From positions 155,248,001 to 155,312,000 of the forward strand of contig NC_043000.1 in the NCBI RefSeq assembly GCF_006345805.1: a stretch of DNA of 64,000 nucleotides, written 5' to 3'. Origin of the DNA: Octopus sinensis (Eukaryota). A program made the position numbers and the translations under genes. Positions 13,040 through 25,144 of the stretch are shown here, piece by piece; position 1 is the first letter of the stretch; each line of letters starts with the position of its first letter. Under the pieces are notes generated by a model, which saw only the letters and a program-made list of their open reading frames with translations, was not told the origin of the DNA and did not search any database.

Positions 13040-13940
13040 TCCCTCACTGTTAGATTTACCTGCCTAATTTCTGAAGTCATCAATCGCGCTGAATTCAAAG
13101 CATATAAAACATTTGGACATTACACATATTTGCAGACGTTGAACTGATTCCTGTCTTGAATTATTGTATTTGTTAATGCTTCTTCTATACATATTTTCCA
13201 CCAGAATATCAACTATATAGTGACATTTGTAGCACACTAAGCCAATATCCTTTTTACTTAGGTATTATTACTTTCACAACCATTGAATGTGTGGTTTTTA
13301 CACATTCAAGAAAACAATCCCCTCCCTACATTATAGTATTTCACCACAATCCATGCCTCACCAACTGTTTGCTGAGTCAAGTTCACCAATCGTTCAGTGT
13401 TTCACCTGTTTAAACTAACTATCTTTCCCTTTTGATCCATTTAAAACGATTACATTCGTCTTCATGCTTTGCGTAACCATACCTGGCAACCCGAAAGGTC
13501 TCAGTGGTTTCTTGTCAGCTATAGTTGTCCCATAGAAATAAATAAAACTACTACTTCAACACCCAAAGAACTCACTACCTCGTAGGTTTCTACCACCACC
13601 GCCAGCTCTGCAATATAACCAATCGGAAAGAAAAGTATATCATATCTCTCCCGTTTTCAAGATCACTGATTACACCTAGAGCATTTTGGTGCCTTACCAA
13701 GTTGTCACCGATATATTTTCAGGATCTCTCCACCTATCAGGTTCACATAAAATGAGTTTGCAAATAGTAATTGTCATATACATAGATATTAAGCCTGTTT
13801 TGTCTTTAATTCTACACATCACAACACACCAAACATATTTCTTAACTCTCTTTGTACAAACAGCAATTACGAAACGTTCTCTAAGAAATCCAACCTTAGA
13901 TAATCCAATAAATAAGTTTCTACTCTCACCACGCTGTTCA
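13040..13940 (-). mobile_element. Decayed LINE RT relic (RTE-like?)
   Basis: Minus-strand fragments resembling KTKVIV, VEVV..FIY and P.VLY motifs; order and frames disrupted. Confidence 0.3.
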
Positions 13941-13968
13941 AATTCTTACACCTTACTCTCTCTCTGAA

Positions 13969-14347
13969 GCACTCCGTCGGTTACGACGATGAGGGTTCCA
14001 GTTGATCCGATCAACGGAACAGCCTGCTTGTGAAAATTAAGATGTAAGTGGCTGAGCACTCCACAGACACGTGTACCCTTAACGTAGTTCTCGGGGATAT
14101 TCAGCGTGACACAGAGAGTGACAAGGCCGGCCCTTTGAAATACAGGTACAACAGAAACAGGATGTAAGAGTGAGAGAAAGCTGTGGTGAAAGAGTACAGC
14201 AGGGATCACCACCACCCCTGCCGGAGCCTCGTGGAGCTTTTAGGTGTTTTCGCTCAATAAACACTCACAACGCCCCGTCTGGGAATCGAAACCGCGATCC
14301 TATGACCGCAAGTCCGCTGCCCTAACCACTGGGCCATTGCGCCTCCA
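13969..14347 (-). mobile_element. SINE family C copy (tRNA-like head)
   Basis: TGGAGGCGCAATGGCCCAGTGGTTAGGGCAGCGG...GGTTTCGATTCCC (A/B boxes); near-identical to 25593 and 55508. Confidence 0.92.
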
Positions 14348-15324
14348 CCCTATCGGTATAGGAATAATAACTGTCAAGTGCCTCTATATTGAAGCATTAT
14401 TCCTATTGTGATAGTATTACTGCTACACGCTGCATGTATCCCAAAAGACTATTTGCTTGACTGACAAAAACTCATTCACTAGCACAACCATTATGACAAG
14501 AAGGGGTGTTTCTTCTCTGCCCATTTATCAATCTACAAGGTCATCAGCCGACAGCCAGTCATATTGTACATCAGCCATACGCATTTCCTGCTGGACTTGG
14601 TTAGATCATGGATGCGTATGGCTGTATAGTGATTATGTTCACTTCACAACTGCAACTACCTGGGTTTTCTATTCGACGCCACTGTCTTGCATCTTGCTTA
14701 ATACAGCTTTGCTGGGGCCAAAACCTTTTGAGTGAGATTTAAATACAAAATGTTTCGGTTTTGGAATAGTAGACTTAGTCCTTCATACAAATTAATGTCC
14801 CCACCTGTTCCTTTGGTGCTTTTAGCAGAGTTCACGTTGTTACAAGCGTTCGAACTAAATATTTGCTCTAGGTATAATTTCCTGCGATCTTTACACTAGT
14901 CACAGGCCCTGAGAAGATTGATTGGTGCTAACCATAGTGCCCTAACTAAACTATTAGAAATGGCATTCTCTTTGGTTCTTTGCACGAAATAATTGCAATA
15001 ATTTACAACATTTTTTCCGACGAAATAGTAAAAAATTATTTTATATATCTTCTAGTACAAGTTATCTGATGTGCAAAGATCACGTGTCTTCTAGAAATCT
15101 ATCGACACGAATGCTCGTTATGTTTAGAGTGCTGCAGCATTGATTTGTTTCTGCCTGCAGTATCTATACGTAAACATGTGTACTCGAATGACTGAGAATT
15201 AAGTGCCACACTTTGAGCACGAGCAAAACGTTGTGGCCACCATCAATACACACACACTCACACATATGTACATATAATACATATATGTACATATGTATAT
15301 ATACATAATATATATATATATATA

Positions 15325-15423
15325 TTTATTATATAGAAGGAGCTTCTATATATAAATTAATTTTACTCTACTATGTATTGAGTACCTTATTTACTGTGGT
15401 TAACCCCGAATAAACCCGGGACC

Positions 15424-15430
<7 letters not shown>
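15325..15430 (+). mobile_element. Rearranged short derivative of the 7.6-8.0 kb element
   Basis: 22 nt of left-arm sequence fused at CTTCTA to the outer part of the right arm. Confidence 0.8.
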
Positions 15431-15489
<59 letters not shown>

Positions 15490-15495
15490 ATATAT

Positions 15496-15707
15496 AGTAA
15501 TCCAAACAAGAAAACACAAAAAAAACACACACAACAACGCGAGGACGTGGAACAAATATAGTATTATTGGACGCTCGGAAAAGAAGGGAAGAAGGGGGGT
15601 TTAACGTTCGAGCGGAGCTCTTCGTCGGAAAACATAAGAGGAGGAAATTCCAGAGAAGGGAAGACAGAGAGGAAAAAAAATCGCCAACGGTACACACGAG
15701 GTCACAT
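15496..15707 (-). repeat. ~210-bp repeat X copy 1 (pLTR-like); hammerhead core damaged (GAAC instead of GAAAC)
   Basis: Aligns to 16200-16410; hammerhead-like segment 15599-15633. Confidence 0.7.
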
Positions 15708-15727
15708 TATGTATATATATATATATA

Positions 15728-15764
<37 letters not shown>

Positions 15765-15766
<2 letters not shown>

Positions 15767-16178
15767 TCTCTCTTTTACTCTTTTACTTGTTTCAGTCATT
15801 TGACTGCGGCCATGCTGGAGCACCGCCTTTAGTCGAGCAAATCGACCCCAGGACTTATTCTTTGTAAGCCCAGTACTTATTCTATCGGTCTCTTTTGCCG
15901 AACCGCTAAGTGACGGGGACGTAAACACACCAGCATCGGTTGTCAGGCAATGCTAGGGGGACAAACACAAACACACAAACATATACACACACACTTATAT
16001 ATATATACATATATACGACAGGCTTCTTTCAGTTTCCGTCTACCAAATCCACTCACAAGGCATTGGTCGGCCCGGGGCTATAGCAGAAGACACTTGCCCA
16101 AGATGCCACGCAGTGGGACTGAACCCGGAACCATGTGGTTGGTTAGCAAGCTACTTACCACACAACCACTCCTGCGCC
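15765..16178 (-). mobile_element. SINE family B copy
   Basis: Full length, flanked by (TA)n on both sides. Confidence 0.92.
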
Positions 16179-16199
16179 TATATATATATATATATATAT

Positions 16200-16407
16200 A
16201 GTTATTCCAAACAAGAAAACACAAAAAAAAAACACAACAACGCGAGGACGTGGAACAAATATAGTATTATTGGACGCTCAGGAAAGAAGGGAAGAAGGGG
16301 GGTTTAACGTTTCGAGCAGAGCTCTTCGTCGGAAACATAGGAGAAGGAAAGATCCAGAGAAGGGAAGACAGAGGGAAAAAAATCGCCAACGGTACACACG
16401 AGGTCCA

Positions 16408-16410
<3 letters not shown>
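16200..16410 (-). repeat. ~210-bp repeat X copy 2 (pLTR-like)
   Basis: Direct repeat of 15496-15707; a fragment of the same family lies near 46025-46085. Confidence 0.7.
16302..16336 (-). ncRNA. Minimal type I hammerhead-like motif (U4C core variant)
   Basis: Minus strand GTTT-CCGACGA-A[GAGC TCT GCTC]-GAAACGTT-AAAC; helix I GTTT/AAAC, palindromic ACGT helix III. Confidence 0.5.
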
Positions 16411-16449
<39 letters not shown>

Positions 16450-17100
16450 CTGAATATACACATCTATCATTCAGCTGATTTTGCCGTGTGAGTTGGCTGT
16501 CTGGGTTCTCATAACAATATTTTATTGGTATTTACATCATGAACATCGAAAGAATGGAAGGTCTTAAAGATTGAATGAAATTCGTCTTTGAGTTCAAAGA
16601 TGAAATACCACAAAACAACAACAGTTCATCAACAGCATAAAGTGTAATCTCACTTTCTCATCTTTTGTGGAAGCTAATTCAAATAATATAGCAAGTAAGG
16701 AATTAAGGACAATTAAAAGACAACAAGAACAAATTCCCTGTTATTTCTTAAATTGGAGAGAACAGTAGTCGTAATTAGATACTGATTTCCATGGCGACAT
16801 CAAGTATTTCAGGAAGTTGAAAGAATCTTGTTACTGACATGGAACTAATTTGAAGTGGCGTCCACTCTGATGCCTTGTTTCAGAATATTCGTTAGAGATG
16901 ATACATCACACTAATTTGGATACAGAGTGTGGGGCTCACGTAAAATAGAAAGAAGAGGAGCACGAAGGGGAGGAGGAGAAATAAGAAATGAAAAACAAAA
17001 ATACCAAAAACATCACGAGCCACTTCATTAACAATAACAACAAACAGCAAAAAATTACAACAATGACGATGAGGATGATAACGATGATGATAATAATAAT

Positions 17101-17310
17101 GGTTTCAAATTTTGCCACAAGGGCAGCAATTTTAGGGAGGGAATAAGGGGATTATATTGACTCCAGTGTTCAACTAGTACTTAATTTATCAACCTCGAAA
17201 GGATGAAAGGCAGAGTCGACCTCTGCGAAATTTGAACTCAGAACGTAACGGCAGACGAAATACTGCTAAGCATTTCGTCCGGCGTGCTAACGATTCTGTC
17301 AGCACGCCGC
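17101..17310 (-). mobile_element. SINE family A copy
   Basis: Matches family consensus; trinucleotide runs on both sides. Confidence 0.8.
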
Positions 17311-17401
17311 GTTAGATAAGGATAATAGTAACAGCATCAACAACAATAGCAACAGCAGCAGCAGCAACAACAAGAACAACAAGACCAGCAACAAAAATAA
17401 T

Positions 17402-17567
17402 AATCCTTTCTATAATAGGCACAAGGCCTGAAATTTGGGGTAGGGGATAGTCGATTACATCGACCCAAATACTCAACTGGTACTTAAAAGATGAAAGTCA
17501 AAGTCAACCTCGGCGGAATTCGAACTCAGAACGGAGCGGTAGACGAAATACTGTCAGCTCGCCGCCC
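17402..17567 (-). mobile_element. SINE family A copy, internal deletions
   Basis: Head GGCGGCGAGCTG and body match. Confidence 0.75.
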
Positions 17568-17624
17568 TAAATAAGGATAATAGTAACGGTGAAACCGTAT
17601 GGCACATTACCAGACAATGTACGT

Positions 17625-18130
17625 CATTATCCCAGAAAGAAATATAAGAAATGCCACGAGAGTATAAGAGATGCCACGACAATATAGCAAGGCTTGTCCA
17701 TTGGACACTTTGCAACAAGTATGGACTTGACAGAGAAAAAAATTGGTACGACCACGAACCTGAAGGCTTCGTCGAAAATAGAAATGCAAAGATCCTAGGG
17801 GATTTTATGATTCAGTGCGATCATGAGATAGAGAATTGGGAGCCGGACATAGTATTAATTGAGAAAGAAAACAAACTATACTGGATTGTAGATATAGCAT
17901 GTCCAGCTAACAAGTTATGCGATAAGGAAGAACGAAAAGGGGAGAGATGACAGGTTAGCTTGGGAGGTTAAGCAGTTGTGATCGATGAAAAAGGTAGCAG
18001 TAGTATCAATAATTGTCGGAGCCCTGGGAACAGTGAGCAAAAATCTCGAGAAGTACGTGGAACAAATAGGGGCAGTAGCACTTGCAGAAAACAGCATTGC
18101 TTGGAACCGCTCGAATACTCCAGAAGTTGC
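17625..18130 (+). mobile_element. R4/Dong-type non-LTR retrotransposon, RLE endonuclease fragment
   Basis: EYKRCHDNIARLVHW...EPDIVLIEKENK..IVDIACP...IIVGALG...KTALLGTARIL; frameshifts and stops. Confidence 0.85.
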
Positions 18131-18164
18131 TCGAAAAATATCAGCACGTAGCTACCAACATGGC

Positions 18165-18355
18165 TGAAAATGATTGGTGCGAACGTAAAGGAAGAACTCC
18201 TAGAAAAATCAGCATTGCTTGGAACGGCAAGAATTCTTCGGAGGGTTCTTGAGGCATGACCTACAAACAAGTGTCACCTTAGTCTGCGGACTGTAGACAG
18301 CTGACATTTTGGATCATACCTAGTTAAATAAGCTGAGAAGTTTTCATAATGGTAA
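18165..18355 (+). mobile_element. R4/Dong-type 3' end
   Basis: EKSALLGTARILRRVLEA* then a 3' UTR shared with 23376-23500, ending in (TAA)-like repeats. Confidence 0.8.
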
Positions 18356-18364
18356 TAATGGTTC

Positions 18365-18510
18365 CAATTTTTTTTGCAAAGCCAAAAGCCAATTTAGGGG
18401 GAACGGAGTTAAGCCGATTACATCGATTCCAGTGCTCAGCTGTAATTTATCGATCCGAAAGTATGAAAAGCAATGTCGATCTCGACGGAAATAGAACTCA
18501 GAATGTAAAG
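18365..18510 (-). mobile_element. SINE family A fragment
   Basis: Body and tail similarity; another fragment at 18690-18800. Confidence 0.6.
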
Positions 18511-19053
18511 AGCCTGAAAAAAAATCTCACTAAAATTTTTGTTCTAATTTTACTATCAAACATAGGAACATAGTTAAAAATTCGGAGGTGTTGGTTAAAT
18601 CGCCTTTATCATTTGACTATATTTTATCGGCTCGGGAGAGATAAAATATAGTCAAAATTAACTCGCAAAATTTTGACTCACAAAATTAACTCAAAATTAA
18701 AGGCAAAATTAACCTCGGCGGGATTTGAACACAGAACTTCAAAAGCTGGAACAAATATATGTTCTGTCTGACGCTGTAACGATTCAGCTTAAACGCTGCT
18801 CTTAATGCCGATCTACTGAGTAGAGGACTATATGATGGGAAGCTAAGCGTGAACACTTAGGTTAAGGAAGCCCTGACGGTGAATAATCATCAATAAATAC
18901 TTAAAACAACAAGAAATGAAAAGCGGAGTGTATATTTGGCAGCCAACGGTATGCGCGGGGAAAGAAATCCTGTAATAATCCTTTCTTTCTTCAATAAGCA
19001 CGAGACTTGACATTTTGACAGAAGGAACTTGTCGGTTATATCGATCTTAGTAC

Positions 19054-19280
19054 GGCGAGCTGGCAGACACGTTAGAGCGCCGGGCGAAATGCTTAGCGGT
19101 ATTTCGTCTGCGTTACGTTGTGAGTTCAAATTCCGCCGAGGTCGACTTTGCCTTTCATCCTTTCGGGGTCGATAAATTAAGTACCAGTTACGCACTGGGG
19201 TCGATGTAATCGACTTAATACCTATGTCTGTCCTTGTTTGTCCCCTCTGCGTTTGGCCCCTTGTGGGTAATAAAGAAATA
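19054..19280 (+). mobile_element. SINE family A copy (young subfamily)
   Basis: GGCGAGCTGGCAGA...GAGTTCAAATTCC B-box; near-identical to 48595; an older opposite-strand copy follows at 19283-19440. Confidence 0.9.
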
Positions 19281-20399
19281 GGTTATGTCGATCTCAGTGC
19301 TCAACTAGTATTTATTTCATAGACCCGGAAAGGATGAATGGCAATGTCAATCCCGGTGGAATTCGAACACAGACGAAATAACGCTAATCATTTTGTTCGA
19401 CGTTGGTGTCAATTCTTTCAGATCACCACCTTTAAACAGGCAACAGTAAAAGGAGAGTAAGTTCTCTGCTAAAAGAAATACATTAACGAGAAACACGTGA
19501 CAGCTTGAGAAAAAATATGTACACTAGATCATAACCATATGTTGCTAGAGAAAAAGTATGTTTTTTGAAAATTTTATTTAATAGAAATTAATCTTTGAAG
19601 TATTGAGATTAATATTGATATCACCAGCCAAAGGCAAAATTTTGTTACTATTTACCGTTTTGTTAAACTACTTTTACTCTTTGCTATCACGCTGTTTTTC
19701 TCAAACTATGAGAAGTAACGACTGGCGAGATTAGAAAATTCTGAAAATTTCTCTGGGTCTAGACATGAAATCAATACATATCACCTAGACATATCATTCT
19801 ACTTAGAACTTTGGAATCATCAACAAACACAGAAACAACTAAGCAACGTGACTTAATCAAACAGAGAAGCTCAATGTAGGAATGTCATAGTGTACCGCTC
19901 TGTCAAAGACGATAACTACAAATGAACATGGCACAGAGAAATGAGCCATAACCGATCTGTTTCTGCTACCAAATTAATTTACACGGTTAACATCATGGAA
20001 TAAATTTGCAAACCTATCAACTCTCTCACTCAATCTCACCTCCCCCCACCCATCCCCACAAAATATTCAATTCAAGAGAATAATATACAACATGATCAAA
20101 CTGAAGATGTGTATTAAAATCTATATGAAATTAAATATAATGAAAAAGATTGTAATCCATCTATTTATTTTAGAATAAGTTTACAAACCATGATAACATA
20201 ATCTAGCAGCAACACATTGTACTTACAATGCATCTGTATTGACAGAACATGATGAACAGACAACGGATACCTTATGTAATAAATGAAAATAATAAAAGAA
20301 CATGGACCAACATGGTGAAATGACGTTACGTAAGAAATACGGCAGAGAAAACTGAAATATGGACTAGATTTATAGAAACTGAAAACAGACGACAAGCCA

Positions 20400-21000
20400 G
20401 CGAGACATCATATAACATGAAAAGTAGATTTTTCAGCAACCAATCAAGCATTAAAACTAATATGAAAAATAATAATAGCCAGAATAAGTTACGATAACGC
20501 TTATGATAGAGTCACGTGCTTGAGTATCCCTTTAGTTGAATCGATGGAGATGTATGAACTTTCATCAGTATTTATAAGGGGTACATGAAGAAGAGTAACT
20601 GCGATCGTAAAATAACATCAAGTAACCAGGAAACGGCCTTAAAATAGGCATATTTTCCATGCAAAAAGAAAAGTATTAGAAGTGTGAAAATATGTTGAAA
20701 TCGATGCTGATGAACAAACGATGAAGAATATGAAGTGAAAGACTTGAAGGTATAATATGAGCCTGAGGGGTGGACCTAACTCAAAACATATTGAAAGTAA
20801 GAACTAAAGAATGATGTGACTTTAATATCATAAACTGGACTTTGCAAGAGATTCACAAAACCTGATTGAACTGCTAGAACACAATCTATTAACCAAATAT
20901 TGACTGGATCATAGAAAAGACACTTTCGTATAAGCAGATGGAAAGGATTACGAAAGCAAAACATTGCATTCAATACAGAAAAGCAAAAATATTCAACAGA
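20400..21000 (+). mobile_element. Old R4-like RT relic
   Basis: YDNAYDRV and IINWTLQEI resemble R4 RT motifs; heavily disrupted. Confidence 0.45.
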
Positions 21001-21070
21001 AATTCGTATTTTATAATCATACATTTTTCAAACATGACTAACACAGTATTAAATGTGAATAAATAGTAGA

Positions 21071-21123
<53 letters not shown>

Positions 21124-21124
21124 C

Positions 21125-21220
<96 letters not shown>

Positions 21221-21379
21221 CATTAAGTTGCGTGAATGAAGGATATATATAGAACTGAAGAACCCAGAAAAACCCAAAAGCTGACGCAATTGTCAGCTTC
21301 TAGGTTCTTCAGATCTTCAAACAAAGACTAACAGTAGCTACTTGATTCTAGTTACTTTTCCTATCGCAGAGATAGTTCT

Positions 21380-21735
21380 AGAGAAAGAAAATAGTTTTTA
21401 ATCTAGGATATGCAAATACAAAGAGCTAAATCTGGACGAGCATCCTTGTATTATCGAAAAAGACGAGATATCCTAATCTTACACAGATATTGATGCAAAC
21501 AGACAATAATGTCGCTGAAAAGAACGATAAAATTATATTACTAAATATATGGCAATAGAAACATCGAATATATCTAACATATACTCAAGATATATCCTTA
21601 TAATTATAGAAACGTTGGGATCAGTGAAGCAAAAGACAAATGAGAATCGAAGAACTTTCAGATAAACCTTCCATGTGTAAAGTTCAGTGGAAGCAGCACT
21701 CCTTAGAAAGTGTCCATGTTATGTGAAAGATATGA
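21380..21735 (+). mobile_element. Old R4-like RLE C-terminal relic
   Basis: IIETLGSVK...VQ..ALLESVHVM similar to the R4 C-terminus. Confidence 0.5.
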
Positions 21736-21839
21736 TCAGAAACACTTTAAGAGATGAATAGCTTATAACTAGAAACCCACTCTACCACGAAATTATTTCG
21801 GAAGATTATATTACCTTAAACACAAAAAGATGATTGTAG

Positions 21840-21954
21840 TAAGGACAACTGTTCAAATTATGATGATGATAATGACGACGACGATAATGATGATGTTGAT
21901 GATGATGACCACAACGACGACGATGATGATAATAATAATAGTAATAATAATAAC

Positions 21955-22005
<51 letters not shown>
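21840..22005. repeat. (GAT)n/(AAT)n microsatellite
   Basis: Seen directly. Confidence 0.95.
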
Positions 22006-22007
22006 CC

Positions 22008-22184
22008 TGAAGCGGTGGAGAAGATTGGTATCGTACAAAAATCCGTCTTGCCAGGAAATGCGCTCATTTTTAAGGAAACTATGTCTGCCTGAGGTCCTTG
22101 TGACATGACAGATGACTAAATAACCCCGTGCTGTTTCCACCTGCACTAAATGACGATTTAATAATAATAATAATAATAATAATA

Positions 22185-22238
<54 letters not shown>
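22008..22238 (+). mobile_element. R4/Dong-type extreme 3' fragment plus (TAA)n run
   Basis: IVQKSVLPGNALIFKETMSA* then short UTR and long (TAA)n. Confidence 0.65.
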
Positions 22239-22240
<2 letters not shown>

Positions 22241-23175
22241 CACGAGAGACGAAAGAAGCTTCATTCTATCATCAAGGAAGGCAAAAAATTTGCTATTGAT
22301 CTCGTGCAGGATACCCAAACTGAACAACCCGAGGGAAGTACGGCAACTATTGTTGCAAAGAAGGTGAAAATGATGGCAATGAAAAAAGCGCACGAGCAAT
22401 TGGCTGATAGGTGGGAGGAGAAACCTCTGCACGGCAAATATGTGACCCGCAGCAAACAAGCTGATGTTGACCAGGAGCAAACCCATCAGTGGCTGCGGAG
22501 CTCAGGGCTAAAAGCAGAGAGCGAAGGTTTCATCCTGGCTGCTCAAGACCAAAGCCTATTACCCGGAACTACCAGGCCAATGTGATGAAAAATGGAGCAG
22601 ACCCAAAATGCCGATTCTGCAACGACATGATTGAAACAGTGGACCACCTAATCTCTGGATGTAAAGTCTTAGCACCAGTGGAGTATAAATTAAGACATGA
22701 CAGAGTTGGCCAATATCTCCACTGGCTAATAAGTCGGCATTACAATATCAAAACTGCCGACAAGTGGTATAATCACCACCCTGAGGCTGTAACTGAAGGA
22801 GAAAATGTAACCATTCTGTGGGACTTTCCAGTACATACAGACCGAACCATCAAGGCCAATAAACCAGATATTGTTGTGAAAGACCAAAACAATAAAGTTT
22901 GCTTATTGATCGACATGAGCATCCCCTGTGATCATAATATCTCAGCGAAAGAGTTTGACAAGCTCAGAAAATATAAAGACCTACTCATTGAAATTGAGAA
23001 AATGTGGCATCTCAAGGCGGTTACAATACCAGTGATCGTAGAAACACTAGGAATGATCAAGAAGGGAACCGAAAATTATATGAGAATGATCCCTGGCTTA
23101 CCATCCCTGCAAGAAGTGCAAAAGATTGTCTTAACTGGTACATCACACGTATTGAGAAGAGCATTGTCGATGTGA
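22239..23175 (+). pseudogene. C-terminal RT linker, zinc knuckle and restriction-like endonuclease ORF, one frameshift near 22560
   Basis: KPLHGKY...EGFILAAQDQSL / TRNY...CRFC...HLISGC...RHDRV...KPDIVV...IDMSIP...KYKDL...LGMI...RRALSM*. Confidence 0.92.
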
Positions 23176-23372
23176 GAACTGTTGCTGCTCATGTATTTTA
23201 ATTTAACTTAAAAAAAAAATTAAAAAAAATGAATGAACTACTGAGTTTGGTTTAATGGCCTACCAATATACACTATGAGTTTCTTTGCCCTAGGAGTCGG
23301 GAAGACACTCGGCAAGAAATGGAAGAAAATTTGAAAGAAGAAAAAAAAAAGGAATAATAATAATAATAATAA
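22239..23372 (+). mobile_element. 5'-truncated R4/Dong-type retrotransposon, best-preserved copy, flanked by (TAA)n
   Basis: Contains CCHC knuckle and PD..D RLE; (TAA)n at both ends. Confidence 0.92.
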
Positions 23373-23375
23373 TGA

Positions 23376-23505
23376 AATATTCTTCGCAGGGTTCTTTGTG
23401 CACGACCAGTAAACAAATGTCACCTTAGTCTGCTGACTGTGGACAACTGACACTTTCCATCACACCCAGCAAAATAAGCTGAGAGTTTTCATCAAATAAT
23501 AATAA
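23376..23505 (+). mobile_element. R4/Dong-type 3' end
   Basis: Aligns with 18235-18350 (TCACCTTAGTCTGC...AAATAAGCTGAGA..TTTTCAT) then TAA repeats. Confidence 0.8.
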
Positions 23506-24320
23506 CAGTTACAAAATGTTCAACAAGATCACCTCACACTTGCTCTGCATGGATAATCTGAAATTATATGCAAAAGATGACAAGGATCTCAAAGAAATCA
23601 GTGATGACATCAATATGGAATTTGATTTTGACAAGTGTACAAAAGCTTTGTTCAAACATTGGTAAACTGACAGCTAACAGACACAAATTGATCCTGATAG
23701 ATCTATCAAGTACCTAGATCAAAAAGGGTTTTATAAGTATCTTGGGTTACACGAAGGAAAAAGGATTCAACATGGATCAATGAAAGAGAGGATGAGGAAA
23801 GAATATTATAGACGTATCAGAATGGTCCTGAATACTGAGTATAGAATCGCAGCTATAAAACTCCCCGACAGAGCCAGTTTTCCAGCATAACCTGGTCAAC
23901 TGTATAACCAGTATAACCATAAAAGAACTGGTATGAACACCATCCAGAGCCTGTTACTAAGGGAGATCATGTTATCATCCTATGGGATTATGGGATACTT
24001 ACAGAAAGGCAAATAAATGATAGCAGATGAGACATCGTTATCAAATACGTAAGACAAAAAACCTGTCTGTCCATTGGTAAGGCTGCCTACAGACAGAAAC
24101 CTCTCAGTAAAGGAATTTGAAAAGATTTCAAAATATAGGGACCTTGACATTAAGGTATCTAGCACGTGGCAATTAAAAACCAAAACCATAACTGCTCTTG
24201 TAAGTGCCCTGAGAATGATTAAGGAAGGTAGTGACAAATTCTTTGACCAAATCCCTGGTAAACCAACAATCTATGAGACTCAACAACAAAAACAAGCAAA
24301 AATGGAAGATATGGAGAGTT
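23505..24320 (+). mobile_element. R4-like RT fragment plus RLE fragment
   Basis: HLLCMDNLKLYAK (YxDD-site relic), FDFDKC, YKYLG, RKEYYRRIR; later KEFEKISKYRDL...IPGKP. Confidence 0.8.
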
Positions 24321-24470
24321 AACGAAACACTTGTTGCAATAAAAGACTAGATATGTCCAGTTCGTGTACAAGATAATGTCTTGAGTGAAAAAAACATAAT
24401 GTAATATTCGTAGATAATCTAACTTCCAAAAGTAAGGTTTAGTATTCTTTAATGCTGGAATTTCTGGCAA

Positions 24471-24621
24471 GGCTGTGTGGTAAGAAACTTGCTTCCCAAC
24501 CATATGGTTCCAGGTTAAGTTCCACAGAGTGGTACTTTGGGCACGTGTCTTCTACTATAGCCTTGGGCCGACTAAAACCTTGTGAGTGGATTTGTTAGAC
24601 AGAAACTGAAAGAAGCCCGTC

Positions 24622-24661
<40 letters not shown>

Positions 24662-24900
24662 TATATATAATATATATATATCTGTGTGTCATTGTACCTG
24701 GGTTTGCTCCCTCCACCATCGTTTGACAACTGATGTTGGTGTACGTCCCCGTAACTTTGCAGTTCGGCATAAGAGACCGTCAGAATAAGTACTAAGCTTA
24801 CAAAGAATACATTCTGGGGTCAATTTTTCAACTAAAACCCTTTAATGGGGTGATCCACCATGGCCGCAGTCAGATGACTGAAACAAGTAAAAGAATAAAA
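24471..24900 (+). mobile_element. SINE family B copy (diverged)
   Basis: Head, core, internal (TA)n and tail. Confidence 0.85.
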
Positions 24901-25144
24901 AGATATTGAGATTCACTGTGGTATAAAAGCCTGTCATATTTGAGTGTGTGTGAGAGAGACAGAAAGAGGGAAAGAGAAAGAAAGGGAGAAAGAGTGAGGG
25001 AGGGAGAGAGGTGGAGAGAAGAGGTTGAGAGAGAGCGAATTAAATCTGAGGGAATTATTCTTCCAGTTAACAAGTCAATTAAATCGCTGAATGCAGAGAC
25101 AGGATAGAAAGATTTGACTTTGTCGCAGTTTGACATTGTAGAAC

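Noticed and set aside
19690-19990. Possible CR1-like relic
   Set aside because: Peptide resemblance too weak to support.
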